The notes under the pieces: generated by a model | The model's database searches: none | What the model was told of the DNA's origin: nothing | What the model saw: the letters and a program-made list of their open reading frames with translations, nothing else | Part shown: one piece after another, positions 12,401-27,400 of the stretch | How the letters are laid out: every line of letters starts with the position of its first letter | How positions within the stretch are numbered: the stretch's first letter is position 1 | Assembly (NCBI GenBank): GCA_965287045.1 | Contig: CBDIYR020000303.1 | Span: 62,001-126,000, forward strand | DNA: 64,000 bases | Direction of reading: 5' to 3' | From: Carcharhinus amblyrhynchos | Taxonomy: Eukaryota | Position numbers and translations under genes: made by a program

Positions 12401-15400
12401 GATCTCCAGCAGCAACCAGCCGCCCAAATCCTGGCCTGACATCGACTGGACCCCGGACATCAGGAGGTAAATGACAGACAATCTGACCGATTGTCTCAAC
12501 ATATCAAACTGGAAATATTCTCTGAGCAGCTGGTAGACAAACGGGGAACACAATTCTCTGAAGTTTCTCTTGCTTGAATTCTAACACTATCTGTCAGTAG
12601 TTTATGAGAAACACTTACAATATCAGAGGAAGAAATACGTGAAGTCAATTTAGGCACAATAAGATGCCAGAGAAAATTTTGAAAAACTTTGAACAGTGTA
12701 GAATGTTAGATACTGAGCAAAGTCAGACCCCTAAAATAACATTTAAGGGAGGAGCATGTTACACACCCTACCTATCTGTTTGGAGCATCCATTTGAGCAG
12801 ATCGCGCTTTCTAATAGGATGGGCGATTGTGATCACAAATCATCTGAAACAAATGGCTGAAAAGCATAAATCTGAACAAACTAATGTGATCTTAAATAGG
12901 AACCTCATCAACACGACAGCAATCAACTGGAGAATTAACTTCAACTGACACAACCACATTAACCATCAGTACAAATGTTCCCACCACATCTCCTGGAGCC
13001 TCAGTATCAGGAGGTAAATGCCAGAGATGGGGATCTGTGGGGCGGACAGTTATTCATTGCTGCAGTCGGGAAAGTGTGCAGGTGCAATTTCCAAATTTCA
13101 TTCGAGGAGGACGGTACTGGATCCTGTAACAGTTTCCCTCTGGGAACAGTGTCACTGAATAAACATAGATATACACAGCCTTCAATTCATACACAATGGG
13201 AGCATTAAATTCAAGATGCACGTGAGCAGGCAATTCATTTCAATGACGTTGCTAAGATTTACGTAGGACCACTGTCCTGCTTCTGTTCATAAGGTACCTT
13301 CAGATCCAGTACTGGACCAAAGTGGGGAGATTGCGCTCCATTGAACATCTCAGTGGGGAATAATATCTGTGATAGTGAAGCACTCCCTCTGAGCACTACT
13401 GAGAGGATCAGCCTAGCTTTTGCTCTTTGAAGCTGTGACTGCCTCTTAACGTTGATCCAGAAGGAGCCTATGAGAAGTAGTCTTCCATTTCAATATGATA
13501 GAAGTACTAGAATTTGAAGCCGGTGTGTGGACATTCACATGGGAAAGCAGAGACATGGAAAGACCGTTCATTATAAATGTGACACAATTAACTTGACTTT
13601 AAACAGGAACAACATCAACAGAACAGGTATCAACAAGTGAATCAAGTTCAACTGGATCTCCAGCAGCAACCAGCCGCCCAAATCCTGGCCTGACATCGAC
13701 TGGACCCCGGACATCAGGAGGTAAATGACAGACAATCTGACCGATTGTCTCAACATATCAAACTGGAAATATTCTCTGAGCAGCTGGTAGACAAACGGGG
13801 AACACAATTCTCTGAAGTTTCTCTTGCTTGAATTCTAACACTATCTGTCAGTAGTTTATGAGAAACACTTACAATATCAGAGGAAGAAATACGTGAAGTC
13901 AATTTAGGCACAATAAGATGCCAGAGAAAATTTTGAAAAACTTTGAACAGTGTAGAATGTTAGATACTGAGCAAAGTCAGACCCCTAAAATAACATTTAA
14001 GGGAGGAGCATGTTACACACCCTACCTATCTGTTTGGAGCATCCATTTGAGCAGATCGCGCTTTCTAATAGGATGGGCGATTGTGATCACAAATCATCTG
14101 AAACAAATGGCTGAAAAGCATAAATCTGAACAAACTAATGTGATCTTAAATAGGAACCTCATCAACACGACAGCAATCAACTGGAGAATCAACTTCAACT
14201 GACACAACCACATTAACCATCAGTACAAATGTTCCCACCACATCTCCTGGAGCCTCAGTATCAGGAGGTAAATGCCAGAGATGGGGATCTGTGGGGCGGA
14301 CAGTTATTCATTGCTGCAGTCGGGAAAGTGTGCAGGTGCAATTTCCAAATTTCATTCGAGGAGGACGGTACTGGATCCTGTCACAGTTTCCCTCTGGGAA
14401 CAGTGTCACTGAATAAACATAGATATACACAGCCTTCAATTCATACACAGTGGGAGCATTAAATTCAAGATGCACGTGAGCAGTCAATCCATTTCAATGA
14501 TGTTGTTAAGATTTACGCAGGACCACTGTCCTGCTTCTGTTCACAAGGTAACCTCAGATCCAGTACTGGACCAAAGTGGGGAGATTGCGCTCCATTGAAT
14601 GTCTCGGTGGGGAATGATATCTGTGACAGTGAAGCACTTTCTCTGTGGACTACTGAGAGGATCAGCCTAGCTTTCCTCTGTGAAGCTGTGACTGCCTCTT
14701 AACGTTGATCCAGAAGGAGCCTATGAGAAGTAGTCTTCCATTTCAATATGATAGAAGTACTAGTATTTGAGTGCCGAAGTGTGGATATTCAGATGGGAAA
14801 GCAGAGACATGGAAAGACCGTTCATTATAAATGTGACACAATTAACTTGACTTTAAACAGGAACAACATCAACAGAACAGGTATCAACAAGTGAATCAAG
14901 TTCAACTGGATCTCCAGCAGCAACCAGCCGCCCAAATCCTGGCCTGACATCGACTGGACCCCGGACATCAGGAGGTAAATGACAGACAATCTGACCGATT
15001 GTCTCAACATATCAAACTGGAAATATTCTCTGAGCAGCTGGTAGACAAACGGGGAACACAATTCTCTGAAGTTTCTCTTGCTTGAATTCTAACACTATCT
15101 GTCAGTAGTTTATGTGAAACAGTTACCATATCAGAGGAAGAAATACGTGAAGTCAATCTCGGCACAATATGATGCCAGAGAAAATTTTGATAACCTTTCA
15201 ACAGAGAGTAGAATGTTAGACACTGAGCAAAGTCTGACCCCTAAAATAACACTTAAGGGATGAGCATGTTACGCGCCCTACCTATCGGTTTGGAGCATCC
15301 ATGTGAGCAGATCACGCTTTCTAATAGGATGGGCGATTGTGATCACAAATCATCTGAAACAAATGGCTGAAAAGCATAAATCTGAACAAACTAATGTGAT

Positions 15401-18400
15401 CTTAGATAGGAACCTCATCAACACGACAGCAATCAACTGGAGAATCAACTTCAACTGACACAACCACATTAACCATCAGTACAAATGTTCCCACCACATC
15501 TCCTGGAGCCTCAGTATCAGGAGGTAAATGCCAGACATTGGGATCTATGGGGCGGACAGTTATTCATTGCTGCAGTCGGGAAAGTGTGCAGGTGCAATTT
15601 CCAAATTTCATTCGAGGAGGACGGTACTGGATCCTGTCACAGTTTCTCTCTGGGAACAGTGTCACTGAATAAACATAGATATACACAGCTTTGAATTCAT
15701 ACACAATGGGAGCATTAAATTCAAGATGCACGTGAGCAGGCAATCTATTGCAATGACGTTGCTAAGATTTACTAGGACCACTGTCCTGCTTCTGTTCACA
15801 ATGTACCCTCAGATCCAGTACTGGACCAAAGTGGGGAGATTGCGCTCCATTGAACATCTCAGGGGGGAATAATATCTGTGACAGTGAAGCACTCCCTCTG
15901 AGCACTACTGAGAGGATCAGCCTAGCTTTTGCTCTTTGAAGCTGTGACTGCCTCTTAACGTTGATCCAGAAGGAACCTATGAGAAATAGTCTTCCATTTC
16001 AATATGATAGAAGTACTAGTATTTGAAGCCGGTGTGTGGACATTCAGATGGGAAAGCAGAGACATGGAAAGACCGTTCATTATAAATGTGACACAATTAA
16101 CTTGATTTTAAACAGGAACAACATCAACAGAACAGGTATCAACAAGTGAATCAAGTTCAACTGGATCTCCAGCAGCAACCAGCCGCCCAAATCCTGGCCT
16201 GACATCGACTGGACCCCGGACATCAGGAGGTAAATGACAGACAATCTGACCGATTGTCTCAACATATCAAACTGGAAATATTCTCTGAGCAGCTGGTAGA
16301 CAAACGGGGAACACAATTCTCTGAAGTTTCTCTTGCTTGAATTCTAACACTATCTGTCAGTAGTTTATGAGAAACACTTACAATATCAGAGGAAGAAATA
16401 CGTGAAGTCAATTTAGGCACAATAAGATGCCAGAGAAAATTTTGAAAAACTTTGAACAGTGTAGAATGTTAGATACTGAGCAAAGTCAGACCCCTAAAAT
16501 AACATTTAAGGGAGGAGCATGTTACACACCCTACCTATCTGTTTGGAGCATCCATTTGAGCAGATCGCGCTTTCTAATAGGATGGGCGATTGTGATCACA
16601 AATCATCTGAAACAAATGGCTGAAAAGCATAAATCTGAACAAACTAATGTGATCTTAGATAGGAACCTCATCAACACGACAGCAATCAACTGGAGAATCA
16701 ACTTCAACTGACACAACCACATTAACCATCAGTACAAATGTTCCCACCACATCTCCTGGAGCCTCAGTATCAGGAGGTAAATGCCAGAGATTGGGATCTG
16801 TGGGGCGGACAGTTATTCATTGCTGCAGTCGGGAAAGTGTGCAGGTGCAATTTCCAAATTTCATTCGAGGAGGACGGTACTGGATCCTGTCACAGTTTCC
16901 CTCTGGGAACAGTGTCACTGAATAAACATAGATATACACAGCCTTCAATTCATACACAGTGGGAGCATTAAATTCAAGATGCACGTGAGCAGGCAATTCA
17001 TTTCAATGACGTTGCTAAGATTTACGTAGGACCACTGTCCTGCTTCTGTTCATAAGGTACCTTCAGATCCAGTACTGGACCAAAGTGGGGAGATTGTGCT
17101 CCATTGAACATCTCAGTGGGGAATAATATCTGTGATAGTGAAGCACTCCCTCTGAGCACTACTGAGAGGATCAGCCTAGCTTTTGCTCTTTGAAGCTGTG
17201 ACTGCCTCTTAACGTTGATCCAGAAGGAGCCTATGAGAAGTAGTCTTCCATTTCAATATGATAGAAGTACTAGTATTTGAAGCCGGTGTGTGGACATTCA
17301 GATGGGAAAGCAGAGACATGGAAAGACCGTTGATTATAAATGTGACACAATTAACTTGATTTTAAACAGGAACAACATCAACAGAACAGGTATCAACAAG
17401 TGAATCAAGTTCAACTGGATCTCCAGCAGCAACCAGCCGCCCAAATCCTGGCCTGACATCGACTGGACCCCGGACATCAGGAGGTAAATGACAGACAATC
17501 TGACCGATTGTCTCAACATATCAAACTGGAAATATTCTCTGAGCAGCTGGTAGACAAACGGGGAACACAATTCTCTGAAGTTTCTCTTGCTTGAATTCTA
17601 ACACTATCTGTCAGTAGTTTATGAGAAACACTTACAATATCAGAGGAAGAAATACGTGAAGTCAATTTAGGCACAATAAGATGCCAGAGAAAATTTTGAA
17701 AAACTTTGAACAGTGTAGAATGTTAGATACTGAGCAAAGTCAGACCCCTAAAATAACATTTAAGGGAGGAGCATGTTACACACCCTACCTATCTGTTTGG
17801 AGCATCCATTTGAGCAGATCGCGCTTTCTAATAGGATGGGCGATTGTGATCACAAATCATCTGAAACAAATGGCTGAAAAGCATAAATCTGAACAAACTA
17901 ATGTGATCTTAAATAGGAACCTCATCAACACGACAGCAATCAACTGGAGAATTAACTTCAACTGACACAACCACATTAACCATCAGTACAAATGTTCCCA
18001 CCACATCTCCTGGAGCCTCAGTATCAGGAGGTAAATGCCAGAGATGGGGATCTGTGGGGCGGACAGTTATTCATTGCTGCAGTCGGGAAAGTGTGCAGGT
18101 GCAATTTCCAAATTTCATTCGAGGAGGACGGTACTGGATCCTGTAACAGTTTCCCTCTGGGAACAGTGTCACTGAATAAACATAGATATACACAGCTTTG
18201 AATTCATACACAATGGGAGCATTAAATTCAAGATGCACGTGAGCAGGCAATTCATTTCAATGACGTTGCTAAGATTTACGTAGGACCACTGTCCTGCTTC
18301 TGTTCATAAGGTACCTTCAGATCCAGTACTGGACCAAAGTGGGGAGATTGCGCTCCATTGAACATCTCAGTGGGGAATAATATCTGTGATAGTGAAGCAC

Positions 18401-21400
18401 TCCCTCTGAGCACTACTGAGAGGATCAGCCTAGCTTTTGCTCTTTGAAGCTGTGACTGCCTCTTAACGTTGATCCAGAAGGAGCCTATGAGAAGTAGTCT
18501 TCCATTTCAATATGATAGAAGTACTAGAATTTGAAGCCGGTGTGTGGACATTCACATGGGAAAGCAGAGACATGGAAAGACCGTTCATTATAAATGTGAC
18601 ACAATTAACTTGACTTTAAACAGGAACAACATCAACAGAACAGGTATCAACAAGTGAATCAAGTTCAACTGGATCTCCAGCAGCAACCAGCCGCCCAAAT
18701 CCTGGCCTGACATCGACTGGACCCCGGACATCAGGAGGTAAATGACAGACAATCTGACCGATTGTCTCAACATATCAAACTGGAAATATTCTCTGAGCAG
18801 CTGGTAGACAAACGGGGAACACAATTCTCTGAAGTTTCTCTTGCTTGAATTCTAACACTATCTGTCAGTAGTTTATGAGAAACACTTACAATATCAGAGG
18901 AAGAAATACGTGAAGTCAATTTAGGCACAATAAGATGCCAGAGAAAATTTTGAAAAACTTTGAACAGTGTAGAATGTTAGATACTGAGCAAAGTCAGACC
19001 CCTAAAATAACATTTAAGGGAGGAGCATGTTACACACCCTACCTATCTGTTTGGAGCATCCATTTGAGCAGATCGCGCTTTCTAATAGGATGGGCGATTG
19101 TGATCACAAATCATCTGAAACAAATGGCTGAAAAGCATAAATCTGAACAAACTAATGTGATCTTAAATAGGAACCTCATCAACACGACAGCAATCAACTG
19201 GAGAATCAACTTCAACTGACACAACCACATTAACCATCAGTACAAATGTTCCCACCACATCTCCTGGAGCCTCAGTATCAGGAGGTAAATGCCAGAGATG
19301 GGGATCTGTGGGGCGGACAGTTATTCATTGCTGCAGTCGGGAAAGTGTGCAGGTGCAATTTCCAAATTTCATTCGAGGAGGACGGTACTGGATCCTGTCA
19401 CAGTTTCCCTCTGGGAACAGTGTCACTGAATAAACATAGATATACACAGCCTTCAATTCATACACAGTGGGAGCATTAAATTCAAGATGCACGTGAGCAG
19501 TCAATCCATTTCAATGATGTTGTTAAGATTTACGCAGGACCACTGTCCTGCTTCTGTTCACAAGGTAACCTCAGATCCAGTACTGGACCAAAGTGGGGAG
19601 ATTGCGCTCCATTGAATGTCTCGGTGGGGAATGATATCTGTGACAGTGAAGCACTTTCTCTGTGGACTACTGAGAGGATCAGCCTAGCTTTCCTCTGTGA
19701 AGCTGTGACTGCCTCTTACTGTTGATCCAGAAGGAGCCTATGAGAAGTAGTCTTCCATTTCAATATGATAGAAGTACTGGTATTTGAGTGCCGAAGTGTG
19801 GATATTCAGATGGGAAAGCAGAGACATGGAAAGACCGTTCATTATAAATGTGACACAATTAACTTGACTTTAAACAGGAACAACATCAACAGAACAGGTA
19901 TCAACAAGTGAATCAAGTTCAACTGGATCTCCAGCAGCAACCAGCCGCCCAAATCCTGGCCTGACATCGACTGGACCCCGGACATCAGGAGGTAAATGAC
20001 AGACAATCTGACCGATTGTCTCAACATATCAAACTGGAAATATTCTCTGAGCAGCTGGTAGACAAACGGGGAACACAATTCTCTGAAGTTTCTCTTGCTT
20101 GAATTCTAACACTATCTGTCAGTAGTTTATGTGAAACAGTTACCATATCAGAGGAAGAAATACGTGAAGTCAATCTCGGCACAATATGATGCCAGAGAAA
20201 ATTTTGATAACCTTTCAACAGAGAGTAGAATGTTAGACACTGAGCAAAGTCTGACCCCTAAAATAACACTTAAGGGATGAGCATGTTACGCGCCCTACCT
20301 ATCGGTTTGGAGCATCCATGTGAGCAGATCACGCTTTCTAATAGGATGGGCGATTGTGATCACAAATCATCTGAAACAAATGGCTGAAAAGCATAAATCT
20401 GAACAAACTAATGTGATCTTAGATAGGAACCTCATCAACACGACAGCAATCAACTGGAGAATCAACTTCAACTGACACAACCACATTAACCATCAGTACA
20501 AATGTTCCCACCACATCTCCTGGAGCCTCAGTATCAGGAGGTAAATGCCAGAGATTGGGATCTGTGGGGCGGACAGTTATTCATTGCTGCAGTCGGGAAA
20601 GTGTGCAGGTGCAATTTCCAAATTTCATTCGAGGAGGACGGTACTGGATCCTGTCACAGTTTCTCTCTGGGAACAGTGTCACTGAATAAACATAGATATA
20701 CACAGCTTTGAATTCATACACAATGGGAGCATTAAATTCAAGATGCACGTGAGCAGGCAATCTATTGCAATGACGTTGCTAAGATTTACTAGGACCACTG
20801 TCCTGCTTCTGTTCACAATGTACCCTCAGATCCAGTACTGGACCAAAGTGGGGAGATTGCGCTCCATTGAACATCTCAGGGGGGAATAATATCTGTGATA
20901 GTGAAGCACTCCCTCTGAGCACTACTGAGAGGATCAGCCTAGCTTTTGCTCTTTGAAGCTGTGACTGCCTCTTAACGTTGATCCAGAAGGAACCTATGAG
21001 AAATAGTCTTCCATTTCAATATGATAGAAGTACTAGTATTTGAAGCCGGTGTGTGGACATTCAGATGGGAAAGCAGAGACATGGAAAGACCGTTCATTAT
21101 AAATGTGACACAATTAACTTGATTTTAAACAGGAACAACATCAACAGAACAGGTATCAACAAGTGAATCAAGTTCAACTGGATCTCCAGCAGCAACCAGC
21201 CGCCCAAATCCTGGCCTGACATCGACTGGACCCCGGACATCAGGAGGTAAATGACAGACAATCTGACCGATTGTCTCAACATATCAAACTGGAAATATTC
21301 TCTGAGCAGCTGGTAGACAAACGGGGAACACAATTCTCTGAAGTTTCTCTTGCTTGAATTCTAACACTATCTGTCAGTAGTTTATGAGAAACACTTACAA

Positions 21401-24400
21401 TATCAGAGGAAGAAATACGTGAAGTCAATTTAGGCACAATAAGATGCCAGAGAAAATTTTGAAAAACTTTGAACAGTGTAGAATGTTAGATACTGAGCAA
21501 AGTCAGACCCCTAAAATAACATTTAAGGGAGGAGCATGTTACACACCCTACCTATCTGTTTGGAGCATCCATTTGAGCAGATCGCGCTTTCTAATAGGAT
21601 GGGCGATTGTGATCACAAATCATCTGAAACAAATGGCTGAAAAGCATAAATCTGAACAAACTAATGTGATCTTAGATAGGAACCTCATCAACACGACAGC
21701 AATCAACTGGAGAATCAACTTCAACTGACACAACCACATTAACCATCAGTACAAATGTTCCCACCACATCTCCTGGAGCCTCAGTATCAGGAGGTAAATG
21801 CCAGAGATTGGGATCTGTGGGGCGGACAGTTATTCATTGCTGCAGTCGGGAAAGTGTGCAGGTGCAATTTCCAAATTTCATTCGAGGAGGACGGTACTGG
21901 ATCCTGTCACAGTTTCCCTCTGGGAACAGTGTCACTGAATAAACATAGATATACACAGCCTTCAATTCATACACAGTGGGAGCATTAAATTCAAGATGCA
22001 CGTGAGCAGGCAATTCATTTCAATGACGTTGCTAAGATTTACGTAGGACCACTGTCCTGCTTCTGTTCATAAGGTACCTTCAGATCCAGTACTGGACCAA
22101 AGTGGGGAGATTGTGCTCCATTGAACATCTCAGTGGGGAATAATATCTGTGATAGTGAAGCACTCCCTCTGAGCACTACTGAGAGGATCAGCCTAGCTTT
22201 TGCTCTTTGAAGCTGTGACTGCCTCTTAACGTTGATCCAGAAGGAGCCTATGAGAAGTAGTCTTCCATTTCAATATGATAGAAGTACTAGAATTTGAAGC
22301 CGGTGTGTGGACATTCACATGGGAAAGCAGAGACATGGAAAGACCGTTCATTATAAATGTGACACAATTAACTTGATTTTAAACAGGAACAACATCAACA
22401 GAACAGGTATCAACAAGTGAATCAAGTTCAACTGGATCTCCAGCAGCAACCAGCCGCCCAAATCCTGGCCTGACATCGACTGGACCCCGGACATCAGGAG
22501 GTAAATGACAGACAATCTGACCGATTGTCTCAACATATCAAACTGGAAATATTCTCTGAGCAGCTGGTAGACAAACGGGGAACACAATTCTCTGAAGTTT
22601 CTCTTGCTTGAATTCTAACACTATCTGTCAGTAGTTTATGAGAAACACTTACAATATCAGAGGAAGAAATACGTGAAGTCAATTTAGGCACAATAAGATG
22701 CCAGAGAAAATTTTGAAAAACTTTGAACAGTGTAGAATGTTAGATACTGAGCAAAGTCAGACCCCTAAAATAACATTTAAGGGAGGAGCATGTTACACAC
22801 CCTACCTATCTGTTTGGAGCATCCATTTGAGCAGATCGCGCTTTCTAATAGGATGGGCGATTGTGATCACAAATCATCTGAAACAAATGGCTGAAAAGCA
22901 TAAATCTGAACAAACTAATGTGATCTTAAATAGGAACCTCATCAACACGACAGCAATCAACTGGAGAATCAACTTCAACTGACACAACCACATTAACCAT
23001 CAGTACAAATGTTCCCACCACATCTCCTGGAGCCTCAGTATCAGGAGGTAAATGCCAGAGATGGGGATCTGTGGGGCGGACAGTTATTCATTGCTGCAGT
23101 CGGGAAAGTGTGCAGGTGCAATTTCCAAATTTCATTCGAGGAGGACGGTACTGGATCCTGTCACAGTTTCCCTCTGGGAACAGTGTCACTGAATAAACAT
23201 AGATATACACAGCCTTCAATTCATACACAGTGGGAGCATTAAATTCAAGATGCACGTGAGCAGGCAATCCATTTCAATGATGTTGTTAAGATTTACGCAG
23301 GACCACTGTCCTGCTTCTGTTCACAAGGTAACCTCAGATCCAGTACTGGACCAAAGTGGGGAGATTGCGCTCCATTGAATGTCTCGGTGGGGAATGATAT
23401 CTGTGACAGTGAAGCACTTTCTCTGTGGACTACTGAGAGGATCAGCCTAGCTTTCCTCTGTGAAGCTGTGACTGCCTCTTACTGTTGATCCAGAAGGAGC
23501 CTATGAGAAGTAGTCTTCCATTTCAATATGATAGAAGTACTAGTATTTGAGTGCCGAAGTGTGGATATTCAGATGGGAAAGCAGAGACATTGAAAGACCG
23601 TTCATTATAAATGTGACACAATTAACTTGACTTTAAACAGGAACAACATCAACAGAACAGGTATCAACAAGTGAATCAAGTTCAACTGGATCTCCAGCAG
23701 CAACCAGCCGCCCAAATCCTGGCCTGACATCGACTGGACCCCGGACATCAGGAGGTAAATGACAGACAATCTGACTGATTGTCTCAACATATCAAACTGG
23801 AAATATTCTCTGAGCAGCTGGTAGACAAATGGGGAACACAATTCTCTGAAGTTTCTCTTGCTTGAATTCTAACACTATCTGTCAGTAGTTTATGTGAAAC
23901 AGTTACCATATCAGAGGAAGAAATACGTGAAGTCAATCTCGGCACAATATGATGCCAGAGAAAATTTTGATAACCTTTCAACAGAGAGTAGAATGTTAGA
24001 CACTGAGCAAAGTCTGACCCCTAAAATAACACTTAAGGGATGAGCATGTTACGCGCCCTACCTATCGGTTTGGAGCATCCATGTGAGCAGATCACGCTTT
24101 CTAATAGGATGGGCGATTGTGATCACAAATCATCTGAAACAAATGGCTGAAAAGCATAAATCTGAACAAACTAATGTGATCTTAGATAGGAACCTCATCA
24201 ACACGACAGCAATCAACTGGAGAATCAACTTCAACTGACACAACCACATTAACCATCAGTACAAATGTTCCCACCACATCTCCTGGAGCCTCAGTATCAG
24301 GAGGTAAATGCCAGACATTGGGATCTATGGGGCGGACAGTTATTCATTGCTGCAGTCGGGAAAGTGTGCAGGTGCAATTTCCAAATTTCATTCGAGGAGG

Positions 24401-27400
24401 ACGGTACTGGATCCTGTCACAGTTTCTCTCTGGGAACAGTGTCACTGAATAAACATAGATATACACAGCTTTGAATTCATACACAATGGGAGCATTAAAT
24501 TCAAGATGCACGTGAGCAGGCAATCTATTGCAATGACGTTGCTAAGATTTACTAGGACCACTGTCCTGCTTCTGTTCACAATGTACCCTCAGATCCAGTA
24601 CTGGACCAAAGTGGGGAGATTGCGCTCCATTGAACATCTCAGGGGGGAATAATATCTGTGACAGTGAAGCACTCCCTCTGAGCACTACTGAGAGGATCAG
24701 CCTAGCTTTTGCTCTTTGAAGCTGTGACTGCCTCTTAACGTTGATCCAGAAGGAACCTATGAGAAATAGTCTTCCATTTCAATATGATAGAAGTACTAGT
24801 ATTTGAAGCCGGTGTGTGGACATTCAGATGGGAAAGCAGAGACATGGAAAGACCGTTCATTATAAATGTGACACAATTAACTTGATTTTAAACAGGAACA
24901 ACATCAACAGAACAGGTATCAACAAGTGAATCAAGTTCAACTGGATCTCCAGCAGCAACCAGCCGCCCAAATCCTGGCCTGACATCGACTGGACCCCGGA
25001 CATCAGGAGGTAAATGACAGACAATCTGACCGATTGTCTCAACATATCAAACTGGAAATATTCTCTGAGCAGCTGGTAGACAAACGGGGAACACAATTCT
25101 CTGAAGTTTCTCTTGCTTGAATTCTAACACTATCTGTCAGTAGTTTATGAGAAACACTTACAATATCAGAGGAAGAAATACGTGAAGTCAATTTAGGCAC
25201 AATAAGATGCCAGAGAAAATTTTGAAAAACTTTGAACAGTGTAGAATGTTAGATACTGAGCAAAGTCAGACCCCTAAAATAACATTTAAGGAAGGAGCAT
25301 GTTACACACCCTACCTATCTGTTTGGAGCATCCATTTGAGCAGATCGCGCTTTCTAATAGGATGGGCGATTGTGATCACAAATCATCTGAAACAAATGGC
25401 TGAAAAGCATAAATCTGAACAAACTAATGTGATCTTAAATAGGAACCTCATCAACACGACAGCAATCAACTGGAGAATTAACTTCAACTGACACAACCAC
25501 ATTAACCATCAGTACAAATGTTCCCACCACATCTCCTGGACCCTCAGTATCAGGAGGTAAATGCCAGAGATGGGGATCTGTGGGGCGGACAGTTATTCAT
25601 TGCTGCAGTCGGGAAAGTGTGCAGGTGCAATTTCCAAATTTCATTCGAGGAGGACGGTACTGGATCCTGTCACAGTTTCCCTCTGGGAACAGTGTCACTG
25701 AATAAACATAGATATACACAGCCTTCAATTCATACACAGTGGGAGCATTAAATTCAAGATGCACGTGAGCAGTCAATCCATTTCAATGATGTTGTTAAGA
25801 TTTACGCAGGACCACTGTCCTGCTTCTGTTCACAAGGTACCCTCAGATCCAGTACTGGACCAAAGTGGGGAGATTGCGCTCCATTGAATGTCTCGGGGGG
25901 GAATGATATCTGTGACAGTGAAGCACTTTCTCTGTGGACTACTGAGAGGATCAGCCTAGCTTTCCTCTGTGAAGCTGTGACTGCCTCTTACTGTTGATCC
26001 AGAAGGAGCCTATGAGAAGTAGTCTTCAATTTCAATATGATAGAAGTACTAGTATTTGAAGCCGGTGTGTGGACATTCAGATGGGAAAGCAGAGACATGG
26101 AAAGACCGTTCATTATAAATGTGACACAATTAACTTGATTTTAAACAGGAACAACATCAACAGAACAGGTATCAACAAGTGAATCAAGTTCAACTGGATC
26201 TCCAGCAGCAACCAGCCGCCCAAATCCTGGCCTGACATCGACTGGACCCCGGACATCAGGAGGTAAATGACAGACAATCTGACCGATTGTCTCAACATAT
26301 CAAACTGGAAATATTCTCTGAGCAGCTGGTAGACAAACGGGGAACACAATTCTCTGAAGTTTCTCTTGCTTGAATTCTAACACTATCTGTCAGTAGTTTA
26401 TGAGAAACATTTACAATATCAGAGGAAGAAATACGTGAAGTCAATTTAGGCACAATAAGATGCCAGAGAAAATTTTGAAAAACTTTGAACAGTGTAGAAT
26501 GTTAGATACTGAGCAAAGTCAGACCCCTAAAATAACATTTAAGGGAGGAGCATGTTACACACCCTACCTATCTGTTTGGAGCATCCATTTGAGCAGATCG
26601 CGCTTTCTAATAGGATGGGCGATTGTGATCACAAATCATCTGAAACAAATGGCTGAAAAGCATAAATCTGAACAAACTAATGTGATCTTAAATAGGAACC
26701 TCATCAACACGACAGCAATCAACTGGAGAATTAACTTCAACTGACACAACCACATTAACCATCAGTACAAATGTTCCCACCACATCTCCTGGACCCTCAG
26801 TATCAGGAGGTAAATGCCAGAGATGGGGATCTGTGGGGCGGACAGTTATTCATTGCTGCAGTCGGGAAAGTGTGCAGGTGCAATTTCCAAATTTCATTCG
26901 AGGAGGACGGTACTGGATCCTGTCACAGTTTCCCTCTGGGAACAGTGTCACTGAATAAACATAGATATACACAGCTTTGAATTCATACACAATGGGAGCA
27001 TTAAATTCAAGATGCACGTGAGCAGGCAATCTATTGCAATGACGTTGCTAAGATTTACTAGGACCACTGTCCTGCTTCTGTTCACAATGTACCCTCAGAT
27101 CCAGTACTGGACCAAAGTGGGGAGATTGCGCTCCATTGAACATCTCAGGGGGGAATAATATCTGTGATAGTGAAGCACTCCCTCTGAGCACTACTGAGAG
27201 GATCAGCCTAGCTTTTGCTCTTTGAAGCTGTGACTGCCTCTTAACGTTGATCCAGAAGGAGCCTATGAGAAGTAGTCTTCCATTTCAATATGATAGAAGT
27301 ACTAGTATTTGAAGCCGGTGTGTGGACATTCAGATGGGAAAGCAGAGACATGGAAAGACCGTTGATTATAAATGTGACACAATTAACTTGATTTTAAACA